From NCBI GenBank assembly GCA_963833425.1, contig CAWHXP010000008.1, forward strand, positions 372,578 to 436,577: DNA of 64,000 bases, in the 5' to 3' direction. The first letter of the stretch is position 1. Each line of letters starts with the position of its first letter. This document shows, one piece after another, positions 51,344 to 63,083 of the stretch. This DNA comes from an uncultured Methanosarcinaceae archaeon. GTDB taxonomy: Archaea > Halobacteriota > Methanosarcinia > Methanosarcinales > Methanosarcinaceae. The translations under genes and the position numbers were made by a program. The notes under the pieces were generated by a model. That model was not told the DNA's origin. It ran no database searches and was given only the letters and a program-made list of their open reading frames with translations.

Positions 51344-52472
51344 GAGGATTTCGATAAACTTCGGATTTTATTTCTTAGCAGGAATTTCTCAGATTTTCCC
51401 TCAATTTCTCTATTTAATTCCTCTTTTTGGCTTTACTTATTCTCAATTCTTTGATTTTAAAGATAGCTTCCGCTATTTTCAACATACTTTTTTTATTTTC
51501 AATTTCCTCAATTGATGGAGATTATAACAAAAAGCCGTACACAACATTTTTAGATTTACTCTTTTAACAGTAGTAACAAAAACTCTTCCTGCTTTGAAAA
51601 TTTCTTTCGTTACTGAATTGATTCTTTCCCGTTGAACTCTTTTTGAGCTAATTCTCTTATTTTTTAATATATCCTTTATTCCCAGCGAATGTCCTTTGAC
51701 TGCTCTTTTCATTGTTGCATTATACCTTTCGTTTTTGCTCCAAAGTATCCTCTGTCCCTATAAACCACTTCATTTTCCTCTGTCACATCTACATACGAAT
51801 CATGTACTGACGCAGTTGTTGTTTTGAATCTTCTGATTAGCTCATAATCTCTGTCTATTATATTATGAAGCTTATATCCAAAATGAGACTTACCTCCCTT
51901 TTTTGTCCATGTTCCGTCTCTGCTTCTTCTTGTTTTTGCCTCATCTCTCTGCTTTCGCATGTCCTGGATCTGAATGGATAAAAGTAGCATCCTGAATCAT
52001 TCCCTGCTTTATCTGTAAACCCAGAGTATCAAGTTGGCCTTGCAACTTTCCCCATATTTTCTTTGAAATTTTCGATAATTCTCTCCCTAAATAGCTATAC
52101 AGTAGTACTGTCAGGTATGTATTCAGGAAATCCAAGGAATTTCCTAAAAAAATTCGATCTATACACACTTTCTCAAGTTCAAAATCAGAGAGCCCATGCC
52201 ATTGTTGTAAAACAAGCATTTTGAACATCACAATGACATCAGTTTCAGGGCCCCCTCCTGAAACTGTTTTGTTAATATACATAGACTCAAGAATAACACG
52301 AAACGTTTTCCATCAATTAAGGAATCAATTTCAGCAAGCTTATCTCCAATAGATTCAAGACGTTTATACTCTTCTTTAATAGCAAAATCAGTAAGAGTTT
52401 TCATGAATATACATAAATATTGACAAATTTAAAGTCAACCATGCTCAAGAGCATGAGTTTATCGAAATTCTC
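51344..52472 (-). mobile_element. IS5-family insertion sequence, frameshifted transposase (copy 2)
   Basis: GAGGATTTCGATAAAC...GTTTATCGAAATTCTC with TATA duplication; high identity to 13291-14423. Confidence 0.92.
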
Positions 52473-52550
52473 TATAGCTTAAAATTAAGTACTTTCATCA
52501 TGGAATATTTAATATTATTTAAAGAAGTGGATACTTTTGGGCGAGGAGTT

Positions 52551-52935
52551 ATATAAATAAGAATCATAGCAAATTTTTGTTAATGTATCACATCATCTTT
52601 GCGTGTAAGTATCGGAAATAGATACTGGAACCAAGTGATTAAGAACTCAACCAGATAATTTATGACATCGAAATGGATGAGATTTTGAAATACTAGAAGT
52701 GGGAACGAACAAAGAACGCATCCATCTACTCGTTAAGAGCAGGCTAAAAGTCAGCAATCTTGCGATCATTCAAAAACAGAAACAAGGGACTACAATTTGT
52801 CTATGAAATATTTTAAAAAAATTTAAAAAATCCTAATGAATAAGACATATACCATGGAGCGATGTATATTTCGCATGTTAGATCGGCAATGTAAGCAAAG
52901 AGGTAGCAGAAAATTACATACTGAACCGGAATTAG
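52551..52935 (+). pseudogene. tnpA: IS200-type Y1 transposase (tnpA) relic
   Basis: NHSKFLLMYHIIFACKYRK, RIHLLV (degenerate HUH), WSDVYF...IGNVSKE-AENYI with stops. Confidence 0.8.
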
Positions 52936-53116
52936 AGTCTACTCTTTTCTTTATATCTATAGATCTGAAGATTTAGCATTTTTACGTATTGTCTTCTAAG
53001 CGTAGGTAACCATGAAAACCGGAAGAACTTTTAGGTAGAAAGTGGTGTTTTTTGGTAATGCATCGCAAAGCCTCATAATTCAGACTGAAGTATTTATTGA
53101 ACAGTAGGTATAGACA

Positions 53117-53320
53117 ATGACCACTAATAAGACGGATGAAAAAACACAGTTCATAGTAATGGGCTATGTTTTGCAAGCTGTAATGAATGATCTCAAGGAT
53201 GCAGGTATTCATTTTGACCTTGGAGATAAATCAGATGGAATAAATGACTTTTTGCAGATTGTAATTATAGCGAAAAAAGATATGATTAGGACCGATGAGC
53301 TTCTGGCAAAGTACCAGTAA
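53117..53320 (+). CDS. Small hypothetical protein
   Basis: AGGT SD, 67-aa ORF with plausible composition. Confidence 0.4.
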   Translation: MTTNKTDEKTQFIVMGYVLQAVMNDLKDAGIHFDLGDKSDGINDFLQIVIIAKKDMIRTDELLAKYQ

Positions 53321-53379
53321 GCTACCAATCCCTGCCACCAATGAGTCGAGCAATAACTTACGCAGAGGGCATATGCCAG

Positions 53380-54268
53380 TTGATTAGAAACACAGCTATT
53401 TTTAATCATGATCAAGCATTTTTGTTAAGATTATAAATAAATATTGACAGGTATACACAACGATTATCTGAGAGAAAACTTTTCCTGCTATTACTTGAAC
53501 TATTTTTATCTCGATCAATAACATTTCCATAGTCGCACTTATAGTTCTTTCAAAGAGAGGTATTTAGTTCTAGTTCAACAAATAAAACACTATTCGAAAT
53601 TATAACTTTCATTGATATAAAATTTTTACATATGGGTTTCAATCATGAGCTAACAATTCGAAAAATGGGAAAGATCACTTTGATACTGAGTTGATGTGTT
53701 TCTGAGAACGCTTTCTCTTCCCTTTTTGTTGCATAGATTAAGCCCTTTTTGACTTTCAAATCCCCTATAATCAGAGTATTGGCTTTGGTATTAACAACAA
53801 TAATTCTGGAGAGTTTATGTTGTAAATCCTTTAACTGATAGTATTTTATTTTTCGTCTTTCTATAAGTCTCATGAAATGTAAGTTGCCTTATACTTTTTA
53901 ATAATCTTTTTTTATCCTTTACAATATCCCTTTGAAGCTTTATAGAACCTAATTTTGGTCGTCAATAATGATCTTATAAAAGTTTTTATTTCAAAGAATT
54001 TACCGTCGATATTTACAGCAGTTACTTCTTCGTAATGCCCAAATAGCTTAATAAATCATATTTATGTATTGAACAAAATGTTAGTTAATACGCACATTAA
54101 TTGCTCTGTTGATCTAGATTAGATTTCATATTTATGATATTAAATTTAGAACTATAATTATTTATATATATCCTACCTTATAAAAAAAATGGAAAATTGA
54201 CGATTCTCGTCTCTCGCTTACTACGTTGATTCGTATCGAGGAAATGGACTCTACGCCTCAGAGTTAAA
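53380..54268 (-). mobile_element. tnpB: IS200/IS605 relic: degraded tnpB plus left-end hairpin
   Basis: YLGITK...VTAVN, DLQHKLSRIIVVNTKANTLIIGDLKVK, LDHD-NS; end sequence ACGCCTCAGAGTTAAA. Confidence 0.65.
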
Positions 54269-54275
54269 GTCGGAA

Positions 54276-55586
54276 TCATTTGTTGACAATTCGACCGAGA
54301 AAATAACCAGGCTTTGACGCAACGATCTCCACATCGGCACATTGACCGGGGCTCAGCTCCGAACTGCTTATTATAACCGGACGGTATGAGTCTGTGCGTG
54401 TAAGAATATCTCCCATTTCAGTATACTTCGAGGCAAAAGCTTTGCCTCTCCAGCCAATTATTCCCTGTTTAGACTCGAGCTTAATCTGTTCACAGACTTT
54501 GTGCAAGTAGTGAGAACGCTGAACCGAAATCCGTGAGTCTAGGTTCCTGAAGGAAAAAGCTTTTGTGTGCTTTCGAGGAGAGTAACGTGAGATGTTTACT
54601 TTTTCCGGGCGGTATTTTTTTACCCATTCGACTGTTTCTATGAAGTCTTCATCAGTTTCACTGCAAAAACCTACGATTACGTCAGTGAAAAGGGATAGAT
54701 CTCTGAAGCGGGAACGAAATTTTGCAATGATCATTTCCACAGTATCCATTTTATGCATACGATTCATCGTTTTAAGCACAGAGTGGGAGGCTGACTGAAT
54801 CGGGAGATGGAGAAATTTAAAGATTTTTTCGGAATCAAAGGCATCTACTATGTCATCAAGGATTGATTGAACAGAAAGAGGATTCATCATCCCGACTCTT
54901 ATTCTAAAGTCGCCAGGAATTTTAGAGATCATGCGCAAGAGTTCGGGTAGTTTGAAGCCGGTATCCATTCCGTACTGACTGTCATCCTGGGAAGTGAGCC
55001 AAATTTCCTTGCAGCCATCCGCAACTGCAGCTCGGATATCCGCAATAATTTCATTCGGTGGAAATGAGTTAAGTTTGCCTCTCGCATACTTTACAACGCA
55101 ATAGGAACAAGCGAAGTTACATCCCTGGGAAATCTGGCAAATATGAATATTGGAATTTGAGCGCTCACGCGGAACATTAAGAAAGCCCAATGGTTCAAGG
55201 GTGTGGATTTCAAGGTGATTTTTTCGATAAATGCCCTGCTTTTGTCTTTGTTCGATTGAGAAAAGAAGATCTCCAAGACTTGAAATAGCATTTACACCCA
55301 GAATATGAGCTTCGGGATTTGCATGGAGGACATCTTCAAGCTGAACTTCGGGCAGGCAGCCTGAGACAATCACCTCTACATTTTTCTCACCCAAGCTACG
55401 GATTTTGTGGAGAATCTTTTGTTCTGTAGTATATTTTACAGTACAAGAGTTGCAGATATAGACCTCTGCCTGATCAGCGGTATCGAGACCCAGTAGTTCG
55501 TGCCCAAGCTTCTTTACAAGTGCTTTCATGATCTCGGCTGATGCCTGGTTTGCAGAACAGCCAAAACTTTCAAGATAGATCCTCAT
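54276..55586 (-). CDS. Radical SAM tRNA methylthiotransferase (archaeal MtaB/e-MtaB, MiaB-like)
   Basis: UPF0004 GCSAN/NSCTVK/GCLP, CNFACSYC radical SAM motif, HLPIQS, TDVIVGF, TRAM-like C-terminus. Confidence 0.93.
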   Translation of the reverse strand: MRIYLESFGCSANQASAEIMKALVKKLGHELLGLDTADQAEVYICNSCTVKYTTEQKILHKIRSLGEKNVEVIVSGCLPEVQLEDVLHANPEAHILGVNAISSLGDLLFSIEQRQKQGIYRKNHLEIHTLEPLGFLNVPRERSNSNIHICQISQGCNFACSYCVVKYARGKLNSFPPNEIIADIRAAVADGCKEIWLTSQDDSQYGMDTGFKLPELLRMISKIPGDFRIRVGMMNPLSVQSILDDIVDAFDSEKIFKFLHLPIQSASHSVLKTMNRMHKMDTVEMIIAKFRSRFRDLSLFTDVIVGFCSETDEDFIETVEWVKKYRPEKVNISRYSPRKHTKAFSFRNLDSRISVQRSHYLHKVCEQIKLESKQGIIGWRGKAFASKYTEMGDILTRTDSYRPVIISSSELSPGQCADVEIVASKPGYFLGRIVNK

Positions 55587-55748
55587 ATTTTAACTCTTAA
55601 CTCTGCATTTTACCCTTTAATTTTTAATTACTTTTATTCAGTTTGTCGTTTAGGACTTAAGTCTCAATTTAATAATCTGCAATTAAATTGATCATTACTT
55701 AGTTAGTTTTTCAAAAAAATTAAAATAAAAGGATGAAGCAAAAATGGT

Positions 55749-56819
55749 TTACAGGTACAGAGGAGTTTCTTGCTTATCCTTTATGTAAATGCTATCCGTG
55801 AACCTGACAATTCCTGAAGCGCCCATCGAGATCGTGTGTACCCTAGCATCCCCGCTACCAAATAGGTTTACTTCGCGAAGGAAGTGGCCAGGAGTAACAG
55901 CTGTTGCCGAGAAAATCACGTCATTGCCCGGCACAAGTTTGTCTGTATCAAGAACATCTTTAAGGTTCTCCAAGGTAATCCCCATCTTCTCAAGCCTCGG
56001 CATCTTTTCCTCAATTTCTTCATCGATTTTGTTCCTTGTGTGCCCATTTGCAACCGTAGGCAGAACGAGCCTTGCAAGGATCTCCCCCCCCAGGATTTTG
56101 ATTGCAGCAGCTGTCAAGACAGCTTCGCCTGAGCCCCCTGCACCAACAACCATGTGAATGCCAGACCCGCGGATTGCGGTTGCGATACCCGGCATGAGGT
56201 CTCCGTCAGCAACTAGCCTTATACGGGCTCCAGCTTCCCGAATCTCGATTATTTTCTGCTCATGCCTGGGCCTATCTAGAATTACGACCACAAGCTCCCC
56301 AATTTTCCTCCCAAGAGCTTTTGCAACTATTGCAAGATTGTGCTCGGCAGAAGCATCTAAATCGATCTTTTCATCTGGATGCTCCCTTTCGTAACGTACC
56401 ACATCTGGCCCTACAACGATCTTATCCATATAGATATCAGGGCCATGGAAAATTCCGCCCCTTTCAGCCATGGCCATAACCGCAACTGAACCTGGACCAC
56501 CGTTTGCCGTAAGGTTTGTTCCTTCTAGAGGGTCAACTGCTATATCAACTTCAAGATGGCTCTTCCATGTTCCTACTTTTTCTCCTATGTATAGCATAGG
56601 GGCTTTATCCCTTTCCCCTTCTCCGATCTTGATTAGGCCTTTCATATCAAGCTTATTCAGCATCCTCCGCATGGAGGCAACAGCTACCTGGTCAGCAAAA
56701 ATCTTATTACCACGCCCCATTTGATAAGCTGCGGCAATGGCGGCAGTCTCAGTCACCTGAATAAGCTTGGGTAGTAGGTCACACTCTATAGGCCCAGCAC
56801 ACTCAATCATTTCTTCCAC
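55749..56819 (-). CDS. glpX: Fructose-1,6-bisphosphatase class II
   Basis: IGEGERDKAPML, DIAVDPLEGT, YMDK, LDRPRH, DGDL; true start may be at 56837. Confidence 0.95.
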   Translation of the reverse strand: MEEMIECAGPIECDLLPKLIQVTETAAIAAAYQMGRGNKIFADQVAVASMRRMLNKLDMKGLIKIGEGERDKAPMLYIGEKVGTWKSHLEVDIAVDPLEGTNLTANGGPGSVAVMAMAERGGIFHGPDIYMDKIVVGPDVVRYEREHPDEKIDLDASAEHNLAIVAKALGRKIGELVVVILDRPRHEQKIIEIREAGARIRLVADGDLMPGIATAIRGSGIHMVVGAGGSGEAVLTAAAIKILGGEILARLVLPTVANGHTRNKIDEEIEEKMPRLEKMGITLENLKDVLDTDKLVPGNDVIFSATAVTPGHFLREVNLFGSGDARVHTISMGASGIVRFTDSIYIKDKQETPLYL

Positions 56820-57444
56820 TGTCTTCGGATGAGGTATAGAATCAACTCCAAATTACTGCTTTCTGATGATTAAACTTTTTTATGGTTTATTTTTTTAATT
56901 GCTCATGTGAACTTTTAACACAATGGTACATTAATTAAACCTAATGGATTTAGTGGTTCAAATATGCTGTACCACCGAATGAACGTTCTCATTATTTTAC
57001 AATTTTTCTACAATGATTTATACGAAAAATTTTATCCATTCATCTTAATTTTATTTTTCGTGATCGGCTCAAAAAATTCAATCTCGTAGCCTCTTAAGTA
57101 GAAATTATGCCTAATCTCCACCAAAATTTTTCTAATTTAGAAGTATATTTTTCGATTTATGCATGCAGGCTACTCGAGCATTAATGCAAGATTTATTTCT
57201 CTATCAAATTTCATTAATTGCTTCAAGAGTAATTTAACTAAAATATTGACTTAATGCTTCAATGCTGTTTATTACTAGCTCAATAATGTTCGAACTGATT
57301 ACTGAATATCCTAAAGCCAGATCTTGATAATTAGAGAGAATTTCGAAGCCATATTCTCTAAAGCATGCCATCTCTCTACCTTTTATGCCCCCTTCTTTAG
57401 ATCAATCCACAAAAAATTCTGTAAACTAAAGTGACTGGTAATTG

Positions 57445-58443
57445 GGCTCTGTAGAAATTCTTAATTTGACGCAAATTATTTCTATAATTTTTTTGTTTAT
57501 GTTGTATACTATAATTTAATTTTAATCTCTTTTACTTGACAACGAAATTCCCTTGCCCTAATTGTTTCTCCTAATTTACTTTAACTACAGAAAACATTGT
57601 CTACACAATATTTCTTTGATTATATCTAATTTTGTCAAAGACCAGGTTCAATTGTTTTCTATATTTCCCCCTTATTTTCTTCCTTTTTCTCTCTCTTACA
57701 GGTACAATTGAATCTGCTTTGATTTATTTTCTAATTATAGAATGTATTTTATTCTGAATCTTATCCTTTATCCATTTCATAACAATTAGACTTTCTCATC
57801 TTGTTTAATCGCCTTATCAGAGCATTTGAATGTTTGATTTCGTGGTCTGTTTTTTGACTAATTTTCTATCCCAATATTACCTCTTTAATTATGTCTATTG
57901 ATATTGAAGTTCTCAGAAAGCTTAGAAGAAGTTTCCCTGTTCTTCTGGAATAATAATAGATTGCATATGAACTCGTAAATCCTGTTCATCAATCGCTGCA
58001 ACATAGACATTTTCTCCATATGACTATAACAGCTTTAGAATCCTTGACAGAAGAAGGCTAAACAGAGAAGATGGAATCCTGGTTACAAACTTTTGAAGGG
58101 TAGTAAAATGTGGAATCTTATCAAGAGCAAGTTTTTCTTTTATATCGCTCATAAGGTCAATAAGTTCTACAAAATCTCGATAGGCTGTACTAATATACTT
58201 TTTCAATAAAACCAGTACAAGAAGCGGATGCTGAATATAAATGTGTTTTGAATACTTGCAGGAATAAAGCTTCAGTCTGAAGATTGAACAATTTCAAGGC
58301 TGGTATCAACAAATTTAATGTACGTACTAAATTTCAATATCGAATGTTCCTTCGTTTTTAGCGAAAAAATAAGAAAAATATTAGAACGGAATAGTTATAA
58401 TACTATAGTGTAAAAGTTCAATTTAGAGCATTTCTACAGAGCC
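57445..58443 (-). mobile_element. Degenerate IS (IS5/IS4-like DDE transposase)
   Basis: Perfect 14-bp terminal IR GGCTCTGTAGAAAT / ATTTCTACAGAGCC; YSCKYSKH, YRDFVEL, IPHFTTLQKF, AIDE-GFTS fragments with many stops. Confidence 0.85.
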
Positions 58444-59449
58444 GATAATTGATCTTAATTTAAGGTCATGTCTTGTATATTGAAATGATTTGGCACATTT
58501 AAATTTGGGAAATTTTAGTACTTGAATACAATAGCATTTAGCGCAAAAGATCAAATTATCGATAAAAATACATTGGCTATATCGAGAAAGATAGTTACGT
58601 AAAAATTATCTTCAAATGGACAATAGTTTCGACCAAAAACTAGTATATAGATTACTACCATAAATACCCATATTATTTACAATTATCACTTGCAATTATT
58701 TGGAAATAATCAATATTTATCTCTTAAAATAATGAATAGGTAATCCTTTCTGTGACTCTGCAAGGTGCCACAGGAATTTTATGAAAGAGCTGTAATTTTC
58801 CGGATCAGATATACAAATATTGAGTTTTTTGGTTCTTTGTAGTTTCCGATTGATATTATATTTTGTTTTTGAAGGATGAGAAATCCAAGTCTCTTGGGCA
58901 AGTTCAGGTTCAATTTAGCGACAATTTTTTATCGACCAACCATATACAATTGCTATCTGAAAATCCAAATTTTTGTTCAAAGCACCTTTCATTTTCAATA
59001 CCTTAGATTTTCCTAATATAAGCCGTGATCGATTAAAGTTTCAATATTCCAATTTAAAAAAGACATCAACTCGCTTAGTATCTAGGCCTTTCCATCCAAC
59101 TTGTGGCCACAATTTTAATAGGTGATGGCTACTAAAATAATCAAAGGATAGGTCACTTTTTGACATAACAGTAATCTGACTTAAAATGAACTGGACTTTA
59201 GATAAATAGTCAAATATCTAGATAATTCAGATTGGATGCAAATATATCAGAGGAACAAATTAGTTAGCTCCAAAATTTCTACACTATCAAACCCAACCAT
59301 AATTTTATGCTCGTTAACTGTAAAAGCCGTCCAATAGTAGGGATTATGGAAAGGCTTCTAGTTTTGTGATTCTTCGGCTATTTTGAATTAGTAATCCATG
59401 TATTTTTCTATAAATTCTTCGCTTTTACTTTCCAATTTGCCCGAAAGGT

Positions 59450-59730
59450 AGCATTTTGATATCATAATTCTTACCTCTTGGTGCTATTCACTCGGGGATG
59501 AGAATGATTAACTTTCCTAATTGTAAAAGTTTACACTGATTTTGCAACAAAGCCAGATTTTTTGCACCGCAACCAGTTTAAGGAACGAATTTCCAAAGTA
59601 CTTAGAAAAACATAATCTTGGATAGCGATATCATAAAATTATTTGGGCTTCAATTAATCTACAACTGGATAAACACAGAGAAAAAAAATACTTTTTTATT
59701 CACCCTAATAAATGGGTTGTGGTGAAAAAA
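59450..59730. mobile_element. Cluster of MITE/IS ends
   Basis: Partial copy of the 16089 MITE ending TTTTGCAACAAAGCC (59554), plus ends GATTTTTTGCACCGCAACC (59556-59574) and GGTTGTGGTGAAAAAATC (59713-59730). Confidence 0.6.
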
Positions 59731-59859
59731 TCTCTTTATAAATCTCCAAAACACAGGTGATATGCTCGTCTTTTAATATTTGATCAATGACTCACAGACA
59801 CGATCATTTTATGGTAAATTTGAAATGTTTTTTGATAAGGTTAATCACCCATATCTTTT

Positions 59860-60795
59860 TCCATTCTTCTGGTGTGAGGCCTCGTCGTAAAAGATAGAAA
59901 GTTCCAATTCTACATTGCCATAGGTTTTCAGGTACTGAGACGTGATTTGCTTTTCATCTGATGGTAACTTCCATTAGAGATTCTGGCATACTACCTGAAG
60001 TTGCACAGCCTCTATGAATTCTCCTGTTAACTCAGTAGTCTCGCCTGGTATTGTCTCAACTTGAATCGTCAGCAAATCATCGACAAGTTTTTCTGCCACG
60101 CCTTCTGCAAAAGAGCGACCAGCTTTTTTCACCGGCTCTCTGATTGCCAGCAGTTCAGCCTCACGGCACAGGCGCTCCATGTGAAAATGTATCCACATTC
60201 TTTCTGGCAGAGGATCTTCATAAGGGTCTAGCTGAGCTATGAATTTCTCCCGTATGACAAAAATCACCCTTAAAAGGGGGTCTGCTTCCAGAGCAATGTT
60301 TACTTGCTCAAAGAATCCCTCTCTATCTTTCCAGCGGTCTTGATACGAAGTGAATATTTCCTCAAACTGATCGAAGATGATGACACGGAGTAATGCCATA
60401 CCATTGTCATCATGCATATGCTTCTGTTCTTTCATAAACTCAACAAGTTTAATTTTAGCAAGGCGCTCAACATCATACCCTCCTTCAGCCCAGCTTGTGA
60501 GAGCATTAAAGACATATATGTTCGATATCTTTTCAGTTTTAATCTTTTTCAAATTTGTGCCTTTAACTCGTGCCACCGGGAAAATTTCAAACTGTTTTCT
60601 CTTCAGGAGAGGAATAATTCTGGCATTGATAAGTGAACTCTTACCTGCACCCGACTGGGCATAGACGAGAACCAAACGATGCGCAATGACTGTGGACATG
60701 AGACCTCGAACTTCATGGTCTCTTCCGAAAAAAATGGCTTCATCATTCTCTTCAAAAGGTTGAGGGCCCACATAAGCCTGGAGTTCACGTACCAC
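59860..60795 (-). pseudogene. nSTAND1-type NTPase, stop at 59974 and C-terminal sensor lost
   Basis: YVGPQPF...FFGRD-E, Walker A AQSGAGKSSL, Walker B IIFDQFEEIFT, IRE, AIREP, QLQVVC. Confidence 0.8.
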
Positions 60796-61636
60796 GATTG
60801 AAAGCCTCCCATCGTGTTCTCAATTCTGCGGCAAATTCGCGGCAATCGTTCAATTGTACCTGGATATGAAGCTCCTCAAAATAGCTATCCAGATATTCCT
60901 GAGCTTTTTCTTTTTAGGCCTCAGGAACATTCCCTGGCACGAGTTTCACGGAATAGTGCACTCTGTTACTTATTTCTTAGTATTCAGCAAGAATCCGGAA
61001 AAGAACATGGGAACCCAAATCAGCTATCCTGTAGCCTAGAAAAAGAAGAGATGGATCTGTAAATGCCTCCTGAATACTGGGCGGGAGAAGGTTTTGTTTC
61101 CTTGATGTGGCAGTCCTTGATATGGCAGCAAGAAAGTCCAGATAGTCAAATTCTGTTAGAACCAGCGACCCTGGTACTTCATATTTGTCATGGAGATGAA
61201 ATACCAAAGGTTTTTCTGGAGTAGGAACATAGTCTGATGACGTTCGTTTGGATTGTATGATGCATTTATTCCATCGACAATATTCCAGGATTGATGTTTT
61301 GCCACGGCTTTTAAGAGCTTGCACCATAAGGTCATAGTAATTTGTGGTAATATAAACTGGCAATGGAAGATCGGCTAGCATTCAGTGAGGTTCATCAGGA
61401 ATTTCAAAGTATTTTTGGGAGACTTCTTTTAACATTTCTTTGATTTTGTTACACATTTCTTCTTTTGGAGTCATATGGTCTTGGGTCACACCCACATACT
61501 GCGCCACCCGTTTCAAGTCATCAGAGTCTTCCATTGGGTATTTGTATTTTTTTGCCCATTCATTTGCAATCTGAGAACTAAACAGGAATCTTTCCAGCAC
61601 TACCAGTGTATTATCTGGATCATTAAGAAGAGCCAT
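60785..61636 (-). pseudogene. SIR2-like (SIR2_2) domain protein with in-frame stops
   Basis: LP-YITTNYYDL, VFHLH, LVLTEFDY, LLFLGY; stops at 61382 and 60977; ends overlapping the STAND start. Confidence 0.8.
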
Positions 61637-61639
61637 TTA

Positions 61640-62099
61640 ACCAGCTCCCCTTTTACGACTGAAAAGATCACAAGTGCGATTGCTCGTTCAATCGGTGGGC
61701 TTGCAATTGTAGTTTTTGGTATTCTTACGGTTAAAGAAGCCAGAACGGTTGCTTTTTCCCCAAGGATCTCTCAGGATTCTTCAAGCTTTAAATTTAAATC
61801 TGGCCCTGCTTTAAAGGGCTTTGTCACCACCATTTCAAATCCTTACTTATATATGGTGGTTGACTGCCGGTGGTGCCCTATTACTCAGGGAATACGAACT
61901 TGGAATTATTATTGCAGTGGCTTTCATTATTGGACATTGGATATCGGATCTTATTTGGTTCACCGTCGTATCGTGGTCATGCAGCCGTGGAAAATTCCTG
62001 CTTTCTCAGAGAGTGCACAAGCATATTCTTTATGCTTGCGGAGCATTTTTGGTAGTTTTCGGTTTTACTTTCATGCTTAATTTAACAATGTCACGGTAG
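61640..62099 (+). pseudogene. LysE-family exporter, C-terminal fragment with frameshift
   Basis: GFVTTISNPY-IWW-TAG and GHWISDLIWF. Confidence 0.7.
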
Positions 62100-63083
62100 A
62101 GTCAAAATAACTCAATCCCTTCCCAAACATTTCAGGACTTTCGAATGGAAGAAATTGAAGATAAAAGAATTTTTTAAAAGCATTCAAAATGCTAAATCCG
62201 TCTTTCAATAATATTTGATGGAATTTAAATATAAGATAAGCTTCTATTAATTTTTGTGAGTCACTCGTAAATATCCAAACAGTAATTAAAGAATTAAGAA
62301 GTGAAATAATCCTAAAAGCTCATCGTAAAATTATGCTTGATCGTACGTCTGAGCGAAAAGTTTCAAATTATCGAAAGGCGAGAGTAGGGATAAAAGAAAC
62401 GACCTGTCAGTGAAGCACAACTTTATCTCAAGGCCCTCCTACAGGATAGCGCTATAGATACCTTTTCTCCGCAATAATCTACAACTGCCTTATAATTGGT
62501 ACCTGCATCGATTTTCATCGTCTATAAACAATTATAGAGCCTAAAATATAATACATTCTCATAAGTAGAACCAAAAGGTAAATGGTTTTCTGCACAAGTG
62601 GCATCTAAAAAGATTAAATGCTTAGTAGGAAATGTATCTAGTAGATTAAGATTTCATTACCTATTCTCAAATACTTTCCAAATATAGTCTTTCTCGTCTG
62701 TTCTACTGCTTAAATTCGTACTTGTACAGAGCACCACCACCGATTACTCGAACCTCTAATCAATAATCCAGTATAATAATGATGTAACTCTCAGCTGTAA
62801 AAAGTTTTTTTCACTTTTCATTATTATGACAAAAAAAAGAGGTTAAGGACCTTTAAGAGTTGAAATAAATCTGTCTATAATTACTAACAATATCTTCACC
62901 CTTACATACGAGCTCAAGATCAGGGCCCCATTATTTACCAGCTCTGTGTGTTTTCGTTCATATTAATTGTAAATAATGCTTTTGGCAAGTTGTCGAGTGC
63001 TTTTATCCTATATTCCTAAAATTTAAACCCTGTGGATTTGCTTGATTGTAGGATACAGGATTCCAAAAACAAGGCTGTTAAGA

